DNA from: Eledone cirrhosa
Lineage: Eukaryota
Direction of reading: 5' to 3'
DNA: 64,000 nt
Assembly: GCA_964016885.1 (NCBI GenBank)
Contig: OZ024759.1
Span: forward strand, 62,001 to 126,000
Shown here in pieces: positions 48,940 through 64,000 of this stretch. Positions within the stretch are counted from its first letter, which is position 1. The number at the start of each line of letters is the position of its first letter. The translations under genes and the position numbers were made by a program. The notes below the pieces were generated by a model. The model ran no database searches, had not been told where the DNA came from, and saw only the letters and a list, made by a program, of their open reading frames with translations.

Positions 48940-49740
48940 ATTATTATTATTATTGTTGTTCTTTGAGTCTCAGTCACTGATGTTATTTAACTGGAAAGTT
49001 TGTTCAAATAACATCACGTCGCTACCTGCATCCTCAGATATTCAGGACATATTGGAGGGTTCTTGCTGTTCCCAGCAAGCATGTCTTTTGAAGTGTTCCA
49101 AAAAAGGGGGCTGGACTAATGTTCTTTAACCATCCTTGGAAACTCTTCGAGATAGTACCAAGAGCACCTATGACAATCGGACGACCTTGATCTCCCAAAT
49201 CCTTTTTAATTTCCAATTTAAATCCTGGTATCGGTCAATTTTCTTCTCCTTTTCTTGCACTCTCGTGTCAAAGGGGCAGGCTACATCTGCAATCAGGCAC
49301 AATCTTTTTTCCTTGTCAAAAACCACCAGGTTTCTAATTTCTTGTCCGTCTGTATCCTGAAATCCCATAGCACCTCCACTTGTTCATTTTATATCACCGA
49401 CTCTGGCTTATGCTCATACCACTTCTCAGAATGTGGTAAATTATTTAGTTTGCATAAATGCCAGTGAATCACCTTTCCTATCACATCATGCCTCCAGCCT
49501 TTATAGTGAGTCTGGGCTAGGTGTTTCCACTCGGATACGATGTGAGCCACAGTCTCCTTTCTCTCACCACAGATCCTACACAGTGAGCTAGCCTCCTCCT
49601 TGTCAATATGGTGTTCCACCCACTTCGTTCTGAGGGCTTGTTCTTGTGCAGCCATTAGCATTCCTTCTGTAGCTTTTTTAAGGTCTCCTCTTTTTAACCA
49701 GTCCCATGACTGTGGTTCTCTGAATTCCATTTTCTCCTTC
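48940..49740 (-). mobile_element. R4/Dong-type non-LTR element 3' end (CCHC knuckle + restriction-like endonuclease)
   Basis: TEGMLMAAQEQALRT...CRICG...ETVAHIVSE...RHD...IHWHLC, DVACPFD...EKKIDRYQDL, PIVIGALG, LQKTCLLGTAR; (TAA)n tail. Confidence 0.9.
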
Positions 49741-49982
49741 TTATCTGTTACAGCCCAACTGGAAATTGTTTATCGCATTTGTTGTTGAGAAGAAACCAGA
49801 AGACATGACGAATGTGAATATTTTAACAGCAGCCATCACTGGTGGCACTCGGAGACGTTTTAGTGTCATAACACAACAGAGTCTTTATAGGGAGGTTAGT
49901 GTCATTCTTTCTCTATCTAGTAAAGTAGAGGCCTCTTTATTATATATAGAAATCTCATTTGTATGAAATCATACAGAATGTC

Positions 49983-50037
49983 CTGCTGATTTCATAGAAA
50001 TGAAACAGTTCTAGTCCTGTTGTAGTCACTTCTATAT
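49983..50037 (+). pseudogene. Decayed homologue of the 3891 hammerhead/PLE repeat
   Basis: CTGCTGA-TTTCATAGAAAT-GAAACAGTTCTAGTCCTGT...TTCTATA aligns gaplessly with 3897-3950; core mutated and stem I lost. Confidence 0.65.
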
Positions 50038-50260
50038 ATACTGAATATGCTAGCGTACAAGTCGATTTGGCGCATAGGTCGACCCCTAAACTTCTGAGGT
50101 GAAATTCAAGTTTAGGCCTATATTCGCCAGATAAGACGAGCCCCCAAAATAAGGCAGTTTCAGGAGAAATAATCCAAAATAAAGGCTAAGACACTTCTAA
50201 AACACTTCAGTCGCAAGAGAGTTCTATCTCAGTAAACAAGCTTAGTCTCACCTTAACGAA

Positions 50261-53200
50261 CCTATGGTAACCTACCTTATGGTAACCTACCCTATGGTAA
50301 CCTACCTTATGGTAACCTACCCTATGGTAACCTACCCTATGGTAACCTACCTTCTGGTAACTTACCCTATGGTAACCTAACCTATGGTAACCTAACCTAC
50401 GGTAACCTACCCTACGGTAACCTACCCTATGGTAACCTAACCTATGGTAACCTACCTATGGTAAACTAACCTGCGGTAACATACCCTACGGTAACCTACT
50501 CTATGGTAACCTACCCTATACTAACCTACCCTATGGTAACCTAACATAGGGTAACCTAACATATGGTAACCTCCTCTCTGGTAAACTATCCTATGGTAAT
50601 CTACCCTATGGTAACCTACCCTATGTTAACCTATCCTATGTTAACCTACCTTATGTTAACCTACTCTATGGTAACCTACCCTCTGGTAACCTAACATATG
50701 GTAACCAACCCTATGTTAACCTACCCTGTGGTAACCAACCATATGGTAACCTAAACTATGATAACCTACTCTATGGTAACCTAACCTATGGTAACCTACT
50801 CTATAGTAACCTACCCTATGGTAACTTACCCTATGGTAACCTACCCTATGGTAACATAATCTATGGTAACTTACCCTATGGTAACTTACCCTATGGTAAC
50901 TTACCCTATGGTAACATACCCTATGGTAAGCTAACCTATAGTAACCTGCTCTATGGTAACCTACCCTATGTCAACCTACCCTACGGTAACCTACCCCAAT
51001 GGCAACTTATTCTATGGTAACCTGCCCGTGGTAACCAACCACATGGTAACATAACCTATGGTAACCTATTCTATGGGAACTTACCCTATGGTAACCTACC
51101 CTATGGTAACCTACCCTATGATAACTTACTCTACAGTAACCTACCCTATGGTAACCTACTCTATAGTAACATACAGTATGGTAACCTAACCTATGGTAAT
51201 TTAACTTATGATAGCCTACCCTATGGTAACCTACAATATAGTAACATAACCTCTGGTAAACTAAACTATAGTAACCTGCTCTATGGTAACCTACCCTACG
51301 TTAACCTACCCTATGTTAACCTATTCCATGGTAACCTACCCTATTTTAACCTACACTCTGGTAATCTACCCTATGGTAACATATCCTGTGGTAACCAACC
51401 ACATGGTAACCTACCCTATGGTAACCTACTATATGTTAACCAACCTATGGTAACCAACCTATTTTAACCTACTCTACAGTAACCCACCCTATGGTAACCT
51501 AACCTATAGTAACCTACTCTATGGAAACTCACCCTATGTTAACCTACCCTATGTTAACCTACTCTATGGTAACCTAAACTATGGTAACTTACCCTATGGT
51601 AACCTACTCTATGGTACCCTACCCTATGGTAACCTACCGTACAGTAACATACCCTATGGTAACCTACCCTACTGTAAACAACCTATGGTGACCTACCCTC
51701 TGGTAACCTACCCTATGTTAACCTAACCTATGGTAACCCACCCTATGGTAACATACTCTATGGTACACTACCCTATGGTAACCTAACCTATTATAAGCTA
51801 CTCTATTGTAAACTACTCTATGGTAACCTACCCTATGGTAACCTGCTCAATGGTACACTACCCTATGGTAACCAACCTATGGTAACCTACGATACTGTAA
51901 CCAACCTATGGTGACCTACCTCATAGTAACCTACCATATGGTAACCCATCCTATGGTAACCTAGCCTATGGTAACCTACCCTAAATAACCCACCCTATGG
52001 TAACCTAACCTATGTTAACCTAACCTATGGTAACCTACCCTAAGTTAACCTAGCCTATGGTAACCTACCCTGTGGTGACCAACCATATGGTAACGTAACC
52101 TATAGTAACCTACTCAATGGAAACTTATCCTATGTTAACCTACCCTATGGTAACCTAATCTATGTTAACCTAAACTATGGTAATCTACCCTATGGTAACC
52201 TACTCTATAGTAACCTACACTATGGTAACTTAGCCTATGGTAACCTACCCTATAGTAAACAACCTATGGTAACCTACCCTACAGTAACCAACGTATGGTA
52301 ACCTAGCCTAAATAACCCACACTATGGTAACCTGACCTATGTTAAACTAACATATGGTAAACAACCTATGTTAACCTACTCTATATTAACCTACCCCATG
52401 GTAACGTAACCTATAGTAACCTACCCGATAGTAACCTACCTTATGGTAAGCTACTATGGTAACCAACATATGGTAACTTACCCTATGGTAACCAACCTAT
52501 GATAACCTACCCTGTGGTAACCTACTCTATGGTAACCCGCCCTATGGTGACCTAACCTATAATACCTACATTATGGTAACCTAACCTATGTTAACCTACC
52601 CTACGGTAACCTACCCCAATGGCAACTTATCCTATGGTAACCTGCCTGTGGTAACCAACCACATGGTAACATAACCTATGGTAACCTATTCTATGGGAAC
52701 TTACCCTATGGTAACCTAGCCTATGGTAACCTACCCTATGATAACCTACCTTATGTTAACCTAACCTATGGAAACCTACTCTATTGTAACCGAACTATGG
52801 TAACCTACACTATAGTAACCTACTCTACAGTAACCTACCCTATGGTAACCTACTCTATAGTAACATACAGTATGGTAACCTAACCTATGGTAATTTAACT
52901 TATGGTAGCCTACCCTATGGTAACCTACAATATAGTAACATAACCTCTGGTAAACTAAACTATAGTAACCTGCTCTATGGTAACCTATCCTACGTTAACC
53001 TACCCTATGTTAACCTACTCCATGGTAACCTACCCTATTTTAACCTACACTCTGGTAATCTACCCTATGTTAACCTACCCTATGGTAACATATCCTGTGG
53101 TAACCAACCACATGGTAACCTACTATATGGTAACCAACCTATGGTAACCAACCTATTTTAACCTACTCTACAGTAACCCACCCTATGGTAACCGAACCTA

Positions 53201-56200
53201 TAGTAACCTACTCTATGGAAACTCACCCTATGTTAACCTACCCTATGGTAACCTAAACTATGGTAACTTACCCTATGGTAACCTACTATATGGTACCCTA
53301 CCCTATGGTAACCTACCGTATAGTAACATACCCTATGGTAACCTACCCTACTGTAAACAACCTATGGTGACCTACCCCAAAGTAACCTACCCTATGGTAA
53401 CCTACCCTATGTTAACCTAACCTATGGTAACCCACCCTATGGTAACATGCTCTATGGTACACTACCCTATGGTAACCTAACCTATGGTAAACTACCCTAT
53501 TGTAAACTACTCTATGGTAACCTACCCTATGGTAACTTACCCTATGGTAACCTACTCTATGGTACACTACCCTATGGTAACCAACCTATGGTAACCTACG
53601 ATACTGTAACCAACCTATGGTGACCTACCCCATAGTAACCTACCATATGGTAACCCATCCTACGGTAACCTAGCCTATGGTATCCTACCCTAAATAACCC
53701 ACCCTATGGTAACGTAACCTATGTTAACCTAACCTATGGTAACGTAACCTATGTTAACCTAACCTATGGTAACCTACACTAAGTTAACCTAGCCTACGGT
53801 AACCTACCCTGTGGTGACCAACCATATGGTAACGTAACCTATAGTAACCTACTCAATGGAAACTTACTCTATGGTAACCTACACTATGTTAACCTACACT
53901 ATGGTAACCTAATCTATGTTAACCTAACGTATGGTAAACTACCCTATGGTAACCTACACTATGGTAACTTAGCCTATGGTAACCTACTCTATGGTACCCT
54001 ACCCTATGGGTAACCTACCCTATAGTAAACAACCTATGGTAACCTACCCTACAGTAACCAACGTATGGTAACCTACCCTAAATAACCCACCCTATGGTAA
54101 CCTGACCTATGTTAACCTAACCTATGGTAACCAACCGATGTTAACCTACTCTATATTAACCTACCCCATGGTGACGTAACCTATAGTAACCTACCCGATA
54201 GTAACCTACCTTATGGTAAGCTACTATGGTAACCAACATATGGTAACTTACCATATGGTAACCAACCTATGATAACCTACCCTGTGGTAACCTACTCTAT
54301 GGTAACCCGCCCTATAGTGACCTAACCTATCATAACCTACACTATGGTAACCTACCATACGGTAACCTACCCCAAGGAAACTTATCCTATGGTAACCTGC
54401 CTGTGGTAACCAACCACATGGTAACATAACCTATGGTGACCTATTCTAAGGGAACTTATTCTATGGTAACCTACCCTATGGTAACTTACCATATGATAAC
54501 CTACCTTATGTTAACCTAACCTATGGAAACCTACTCTATTGTAACCGAATTCTGGTAACCTACTCTACAGTAACCTACCCTATGGTAACCTACTCTATAG
54601 TAACATACAGTATGGTAACCTAACCTATGGTAATTTAACTTATGGTAGCCTACCCTATGGTAACCTACAATATAGTAACATAACCTCTGGTAAACTAAAC
54701 TATAGTAACCTGCTACATGGTAACCTACCCTACGTTAACCTACCCTATGTTAACCTACTCCATGGTAACCTACCCTATTTTAACCTACACTCTGGAACCT
54801 ACCCTATGTTAACCTACCCTATGGTAACATATCATGTGGTAACCAACCACATGGTAACCTACTATATGGTAACCAACCTATTTTAACCTACTCTACAGTA
54901 ACACACCCTATGGTAACCTAACCTATAGTAACCTACTCTATGGAAACTCACCCTATGTTAACCTACCCTATGTTAACCTACCCTATGGTAAACTACTCTA
55001 TGGTAACTTACTCTATGGTACCCTACCCTATGGTAACCTACCGTATAGTAACATGCCCTATGGTAACCTACCCTACTGTAAACAACCTATGGTGACCTAC
55101 CCCATAGTAACCTACCCTATGGTAACCTACCCTATTTTAACCTAACCTATGGTAACCCACCTTATGGTAACATACTCTATGGTACACTACCATATTTAAC
55201 CTAACCTATGGTAAGCAAACCTATTGTAAACTACTCTATGGTAACCTACCCTATGGTAACTTACCCTATGTTACACTACCCTAAGGTAACCAACCTATGG
55301 TAGCCTATGATACTGTAACCAACCTATGGTAACCCACCCTATGGTAACCCACCCTATGGTAACACCCTATGGTAACCTACCCTAAATAACCCACCATATG
55401 GTAACCTAACCTATGTTAACCTAACCTATGGTAACCGACCTATGTTAACCTACTCTATGGTAACCAACCTATGTTAACCTACTCTATAGTAACCTACTCT
55501 ATGGTAACCTACTCTATGGTAACCTACTATAAAGTAACCTACTCTATGGTAACCTACCCTATGGTAACCTACTCTATAGTAACCTACTCTATGGTAACCT
55601 ACCCTATGGTAACCTACACTATGATAACCTACCCTATGATAACCTACCCTATGACAACCTACTCTATATTAACATACTCTATGGTAACCTACTCTATAGT
55701 AACCTACTCTATAGTAACCTACACTATGGTCACCTACTCTATAGTAACCTACCCTATGATAACCTACCCTATGGTTACCTACTCCATAGTAACCTACCCT
55801 ATGGTAACCTACCCTATGGTAACCTACTCTATAGTAAACTACTCTATAGTAACCTACCCTATGGTAACCTACCCTATAATCACCTACCCTATGGTAACCT
55901 ACCCTATTGTAAACTACTCTATGGTAACCTACCGTATGGTACACTACCCTATGGTAACCAACCTATGGTAACCTACGATACTGTAACCAACCTATGGTGA
56001 CCTACCCCATAGTAACCTACCATATGGTAACCCATCCTATGGTAACCTAGCCTATGGTAACCTACCCTAAATAACCCACCCTATGGTAACCTAACCTATG
56101 GTAACCTACCATATGGTAACCTACTGTATAGTAACATACTCCATGGTAACCTACTCTATGGTAACCTACCCTATGATAACCTACCCTAAGGTAACCTATC

Positions 56201-59200
56201 CTATAGTAACGTACCATATGGTAACCTACTCTATAGTAACCTACTCTATGTTAACCTACCCTATGGTAACATACCCTATGATAACCTACCCTATGGTAAC
56301 CTACTCTATAGTAACCTACTCTATGGTAACCTGCCCTATGGTAACCTACTCTATAGTAACCTGACCTATGGTAACCTACTCTATAGTAACCTACTCTATA
56401 GTAACCTACCTATGGTAACCTACCCTATGGTAACCTAATCTATAGTAACCTACCTTATGGTACCCTTCCCTATGGTACCCTACCCTATGTTAACCTACAC
56501 CATGGTAACCTACCCTATGGTAACCTACTCTATAGTAACCTACACTATGGTAACTTAGCCTATGGTAACCTACTCTATGGTACCCTACCCTATGGTTAAC
56601 CTACCCTATAGTAAACAACCTATGGTAACCTACCCTACAGTAACCAACGTATGGTAACCTACCCTAAATAACCCACCCTATGGTAACCTGACCTATGTTA
56701 ACCTAACATATGGTAACCAACCTATGTTAACCTACTCTATATTAACCTACCCCATGGTAACGAAACCTATAGTAACCTACCCGATAGTAACCTACCTTAT
56801 GGTAAGCTACTATGGTAACCAACATATGGTAACCAACCTATGATAACATACCCTGTGGTAACCTACTCTATGGTAACCCACCCTATGGTGACCTAACATA
56901 TCATAACCTACACTATGGTAACCTAACCTATGTTAACCTACCCTACGGTAACCTACCCCAATGGCAACTTATCCTATGGTAACCTCTGGTAAACTAAACT
57001 ATAGTAACCTGCTATATGGTAACCTACCCTATGTTAACCTACCCTATGTTAACCTACTCCATGGTAACCTACCCTATTTTAACCTACACTCTGGTAACCT
57101 ACCCTATGGTAACATATCCTGTGGTAACCAACCACATGGTAACCTACCCTATGGTAACCAACCTATGGTAACCAACCTATTTTTACCTACTCTACAGTAA
57201 CACACCCTATGGTAACCTAACCTATAGTAACCTACTCTATGGAAACTCACCCTATGTTAACCTACCCTATGGTAACCTACTCTATGCTACCCTACCCTAT
57301 GGTAACCTACCGTATAGTAACATACCCTATGGTAACCTACCCTACTGTTAACAACCTATGGTGACCTACCCATAGTAACCTACCCTATGGTAACCTACCC
57401 TATGTTAACCTAACCTATGGTAACCCACCCTATGGTAACATACTCTATGGTACACTACCCTATGGTAACCTAACCTATGGTAAGCTACCCTATTGTAAAC
57501 TACTCTATGGTAACCTACCCTATGGCAACCAACCTATGTTCACCTTCTCTATAGTAACCTACCCTATGGTAAACTACCCTATAACCTACAATATAGTAAC
57601 GTAATCTCTGGTAGCCTACCCTATAGTAACCTACCCTATGGTAACCTATCCTATGGTAACCAACCTATGGTAACCTACCCTATGTTATCCTATTCTATAG
57701 TAACCAACTCTATGGTAACCTACCCTATGTTACTCTACTCTATGGTAATCTACTCTGTAGTAACCTTCCCTATGGTAACCTAACCTCTGGTAACCTACCC
57801 TATGTAATCCTACCCTACTGTAACCTAACCTATAGTAACCTACCCTAGAGTAACCTACCCTATAGTAAGGTACCCTAAGTTAACCTAGCCTATGGTAACC
57901 TACCCTGTGGTGACCAACCATATGGTAACGTAACCTATAGTAACCTACTGAATGGAAACTTACCCTATGGTAACTTACCCTATGTTAACCTACCCTATGG
58001 TAACCTAATCTATGTTAACCTAACCTATGGTAACTTAGCCTATGGTAACCTACTCTATGGTACCCTACCCTATGGGTAACCTACCCTATAGTAAACAACC
58101 TATGGTAACCTACCCTACAGTAACCAACGTATGGTAACCTACCCAAAATAACCCATCCTATGGTAACCTGACCTATGTTAACTTACCATATGGTAACCAA
58201 CATATGATAACCTACCCTGTGGTAACCTACTCTATGGTAACCCGCCCTATGGTGACCTAACCTATCATAACCTACACTATGGTAACCTAACCTATGTTAA
58301 CCTACCCTACGGTAACCTACCCCAATGGCAACTTATCCTATGGTAACCTGCCTGTGGTAACCAACCACATGGTAACATAACCTATGGTAACTTATTCTAT
58401 GGGAACTCACCCTATGTTAACCTAACCTATGGTAACCTACCCTATGATAACCTACCCTATGATAACCTACCCTATGTTAACCTAACCTATGGAGACCTAC
58501 TCTATTGTAACCGAACTATGGTAACCTACTCTACAGTAACCTACCCTATGGTAACCTACTCTATAGTAACATACAGTATGGTAACCTAACCTATGGTAAT
58601 TTAACTTATGATAGCCTACCCTATGGTAACCTACAATATAGTAACATAGTTACCTCTGGTAAACTAAACTATAGTAACCTGCTCTATGGTAACCTACCCT
58701 ACGTTAACCTACCATACGTTAACCTACTCCATGGTAACCGCCCTATTTTAACCTACACTCTGGTAACCTACCCTATGGTAACATATCCTGTGGTAACCAA
58801 CCACATGGTAACCTACCCTATGGTAACCTACTATATGGTAACCAACCTATTTTAACCTACTCTACAGTAACCCACCCTATGGTAACCTAACATATAGTAA
58901 CCTACTCTATGGTAACCTCCCTATTTTAACCTACACTCTGGTAACCTACCCTATGGTAACATATCCTGTGGTAACCAGCCATATGGTAACCTACTATATG
59001 GTAACCAACCTATTTTAACCTACTCTACAGTAACCCACCATATGGTAACCTAACCTATAGTAACCTACTCTATGGAAACTCACCCTATGTTAACCTACCA
59101 TATGGTAAACTACTCTATGGTAACCTAACCTATGGTAACCTACTCTATGGTAACCGACCGTATAGTAACACACCCTATGGTAAGCAACCTATGGTAACCT

Positions 59201-62200
59201 ACCCTACTGTAAACAACCTATGGTGACCTATCCCATAGTAACCTACCCTATTCTAACCTACCCTATGTTAACCTAACCTATAGTAACCCACCCTATGGTA
59301 ACATACTCTATGGTACACTACCCTATGGTAACCTAACCTATGGTAAGCTACCCTATTGTAAACTACTCTATGGTAACCTACCCTATGGTAACCTACTCTA
59401 TGGTACACTACCCTATGGTAACCAACCTATGGTAACCTACGATACTGTAACCAACCTATGGTGACCTACCCCATAGTAACCTACCATACGGTAACCTACC
59501 CTAAATAACCCACCCTATGGTAACCGACCCTATGTTAACCTAACCTATGGTGACCAACCATATGGTAACGTAACCTATAGTAACCTACTCAATGGAAACT
59601 TACCCTATGGTAACCTACCCTATGTTAACCTACCCTATGGTAACCTAATCTATGTTAACCTAACCTATGGTAAACTACCCTACGGTAACCTACTCTATAT
59701 TAACCTACACTATGGTAATTTAGCCTATGGTAACCTACTCTATGGTACCCTACCCTATGGGTAACCTACCCTATAGTAAACAACCTATGGTAACCTACCC
59801 TAAATAACCCACCCTATGGTAACCTGACATATGTTAACCTAACCTATGGCAACCAACCTATGTTAGCCTACTCTATATTAACCTACCCCATGGTAACGTA
59901 ACCTATAGTATCCTACCCGATAGTAACCTACCTTATGGCAAGCTACTATGGTAACCAACATATGGTAACTTACCCTATGGTAACCAACCTATGATTACCT
60001 ACCCTGCGGTAACCTACTCTATGGTAACCCGCCCTATGGTGACCTAACCTATTATAACCTACACTATGGTAACCTAACCTATGTTAACCTACCCTACGGT
60101 AACCTCCCCAATGGCAACTTATCCTATGGTAACCTGCCTGTGGTAACCAACCACATGGTAACATAACCTATGGTAACCCATTCTATGTGAACTTACCCTA
60201 GGGTAACCTACCATATGGTAACCTACCCTATGATAACCTACCCTATGTTAACCTAACCTATGGAAACCTACTCTATTGTAACCGAACTATGGTAACCTAC
60301 ACTATGGTAACCTACTCTACAGTAACCTACCATATGGTAACCTACTCTATAGTAACATACAGTATGGTAACCTAACCTATGGTAATTTAACTTATGGTAG
60401 CCTACCCTATGGTAACCTACAATATAGTAACATAACCTCTGGTAAACTAAACTATAGTAACCTGCTCTATGGTAACCTACCATACGTTAACCTACACTCT
60501 GGTAACCTACCCTATGTTAACATACCCTATGGTAACACATCCTGTGGTAACCAACCACATGGTAACCTACCCTATGGTAACCTACTATATGGTAAACAAC
60601 CTATGGTAACCAACCTATTTTAACCTACTCTACAGTAATCCACCCTATGGGAACCTAACCTATAGTAACCTACTCTATGAAAACTCACCCTATGTTAAAC
60701 TACCCTATGGTAAACTACTCTATGGTAACCTAACCTATGGTAACTTACCCTATGGTAACCTACTCAATGGTACCCTACCCTATGGTAACCTACCGTATAG
60801 TAACCAACCTATGGTATCCTACCCTACTGTAAACAACCTATGGTGACCTACTCCATAGTAACCTACCCTATGCTAACCTACCCTATGTTAACCTAACCTA
60901 TGGTAACCCACCCTATGGTAACATACTCTATGGTACACTACCCTATTTAACCTAACCTATGGTAAGCAACCCTATTGTAAACTACTCTATGGTAACCTAC
61001 CCTATGGTAACCTACTCTATGGTACACTACCCTATGGTAACCAACCTATGGTAACCTATGATACTGTAACCAACCTATGGTGACCTACCCCATAGTAACC
61101 TACCCTATGGTAACCCACCCTATGGTAACCTAGCCTACGGTAACCTACCCTAAATAACCCACCCTATGGTAACCTAACCTATGTTAACCTAACCTATGGT
61201 AACCAACCTATGTTAACCTACTCTATAGTAGCCTACTCTATGGTAACCTACCCTATGGTAACCTACTCTATAGTAGCCTACTCATAGTAACCTACTCTAT
61301 GGTAATCTACCCTATGGTAACCTACTCTATAGTAACCTAATCTATGGTAACCTACTCTATGGTAGCCTACCCTATGGTAACCTACACGATGATAACCTAC
61401 CCTATGGTCACCTACCCTATGACAACCTACTCTATAGTAACCTACTCTATGGTAACCTACCCTATGATAACCTACCCTCAGGTAACCTACCCTATAGTAA
61501 CCTACCCTATGGTAACCTACTCTATAGTAATATACTCTATGGTAACCTACCCTATAGTAACCTACCCTATGATAACCTACCCTATGGTCACCTACTCTAT
61601 AGTAACCTACCCTATGGTAACCTACTCTATAGTAACCTACTCTATGGTAACCTACCCTATGGTCACCTACTCTATAGTAACCTACCCTATGGTAACCTAC
61701 TCTATAGTAACCTACCTATGGTAACCTACCCTATGGTAACCTAATCTATAGTAACCTACCCTATGGTACCCTGCCCTATGGTACCCTACCCTATGTTAAC
61801 CTACACTATGGTAACCTATCCTATGGTAACCTACTCTATAGTAACCTACTCTAAAGTAACCTACCCTATGGTAACCTACCTTATAATAACCTACCCTATG
61901 GTAACCTTCCCTATTGTAAACTACTCTATGGTAACCTACCCTATGGTAACTTACCCTATGGTAACCTACTGTATGGTACTACCCTATGGTAACCAACCTA
62001 TGGTAACCTACGATACTGTAACCAACCTATGGTGACCTACCCCATAGTAACCTACCATACGGTAACCTACCATATGGTAACCTAGCCTATGGTAACCTAA
62101 CCCAAATAACCCACCCTATGGTAACCGAACCTATGTTAACCTAACCTATTGTAACCTACCATATGGTAACCTACCGCATGGTAACCTACTCCATGGTAAG

Positions 62201-63828
62201 CTACCCTATTGTAAACTACTCTATGGTAACCTACCCTATGGTAACTTACCCTATGGTAACCTACTCTATGGTACACTACCATATGGTAACCAACCTATGG
62301 TAACCTACGATACTGTAACCAACCTATGGTGACCTACCCCATAGTAACCTACCATATGGTAACCCACCCTATGGTAACCTAGCCTATGGTAACCTACCCT
62401 AAATAACCCACCCTATGGTAACCTAACATATATATTAACCTAACTTATGGTAACCAACCCATGTTAACCTACTCTATAGTAACCTACTCCATGGTAACAT
62501 ACCCTATGGTAACCTACCCTATGGTAACCTACCCTATGGTGACCTACCCTATGATAACTTAATCTATAGTAACATACTCTATGGTAACCTACCCTATGGT
62601 AACCTACACTATGATAACCTACCCTATGGTCACCTACCCTATGATAACTTACTCTATAGTAACATACTCTATGGTAACCTACCCTATGGTAACCTACTCA
62701 ATAGTAACATACTCTATGGTAACCTACCCTATGGTAACCTACCCTATGATAACCTACCCATAAGGTTACCTACCCTATAGTAACCTACCCTATGGTAACC
62801 TACCCTATAGTAACCTACTCTATGGTAACCTACCCTATAGTAACCTACCCTATGATAACCTACCCTATGGTCACCTACTCTATAGTAACCTACCCTATGG
62901 TAACCTACTCTATAGTAACCTACCTATGGTAACCTACCTTATGATAACCTACCTTATGGTAACCTACCCTATGGTAACCTAATCTATAGTAACCTACCCT
63001 ATGGTACCCTGCCCTATGGTACCCTACCCTATGTTAACCTACTCTATGGTAACCTACCCTATGGTAACCTACTCTATAGTAACCTAATCTATAGTAACCT
63101 ACCCTATGGTAACCTACCTTATGATAACCTACTCTATGGTAACCTACCCTATGATAACCTACTCTATAGTAACCTACTCTATGGTAACCTACTCTATGGT
63201 AACCTACCCTATGGTAACCTAATCTATGGTAAACTACCCTATGGTAACCTACCCTATGATAACCTACCCTATGGTCACCTACCCTATGATAACCTACTCT
63301 ATAGTAACCTACTATATGGTAACCTACCCTATGGTAACCTACCCTATGGTAACCTACTCTATAGTAACCGACTTCATAGTAACCTACCCTATGGTAACCT
63401 ACCCTATGATAACCCACCCTATGATAACCTACTCTATAGTAACCTACCCTATTCTAACCTACTCTATAGTAACCTAGCCTATGGTAACCAAGCTAATGGT
63501 AACCTAGCCTATGTTAACCTACCCTATGGTAACGTACTCTATAGTAACCTACTTCATAGTAACCTACCCTATGGTAACCTACCCTATGGTAACCTACCCT
63601 ATGGTAACCTACTCTATAGTAACCGACTTCATAGTAACCTACCCTATGGTAACCTACCCTATGATAACCTACCCTATGGTAACCTACTCTATAGTAACCT
63701 AGCCTATGGTAACCTAGCTAATGGTAACCTACCCTATGGTAACCTAGCCTATGTTAACCTACCCTATGGTAACGTACTCTATAGTAACCTACTTCATAGT
63801 AACCTACCCTATGGTAACCTACCCTATG
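50261..63828. repeat. 13.6 kb satellite array, 15-bp monomer ATGGTAACCTACCCT, with higher-order structure
   Basis: About 900 monomers. Diagnostic variant ACATACAGTATGG recurs at 51169, 52863, 54603, 58569 and 60355. Confidence 0.98.
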
Positions 63829-64000
63829 AGCTACAGCAAGTCATTGATATTATTATAATCTCTACGATAAATAAACTTAACAAATATGAGATTCAGTAGG
63901 AAATAATTGTGGTGGTCTGCTAGAGTTGTGGTAAATGGTGTACAACAAGTGTTAGGCCGGCAGTTTCACTGTTTACCCCTCAGGGGTAAAGGTTGACATT

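Noticed and set aside
55471-63702. MVTYP pentapeptide ORFs
   Set aside because: Translation of the 15-bp satellite.

Overview
AT-rich, repeat-saturated eukaryotic (metazoan) DNA with no recognisable host protein-coding gene. The SINE/RTE repeat content suggests a mollusc, probably an octopod cephalopod (inference). The window is a nested pile of decayed transposons: several Penelope-like element (PLE) remnants whose terminal repeats carry type I hammerhead-ribozyme motifs and form fold-backs; three internally deleted Gypsy LTR elements; five RTE LINE fragments; one L1/Tx1-type and one R4/Dong-type LINE; two tRNA-derived SINE families; a non-autonomous Helitron; a piggyBac-type MITE; and a hAT-type MITE. 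It also has several minisatellites, a 2 kb CAC-type triplet array and a 13.6 kb, 15-bp-monomer, telomere-like satellite with a ~1.7 kb higher-order period. The most notable observations are at least six sequence-distinct hammerhead motifs, a graded series of PLE fold-backs, a SINE copy with dense strand-biased A-to-G substitutions, satellites arising inside DNA transposons and from LINE coding DNA, and a Gypsy element whose gag is replaced by a YY1-motif-bearing foreign segment. Most long ORFs in the supplied track are artefacts of simple repeats. All alignments and folds were done by eye.
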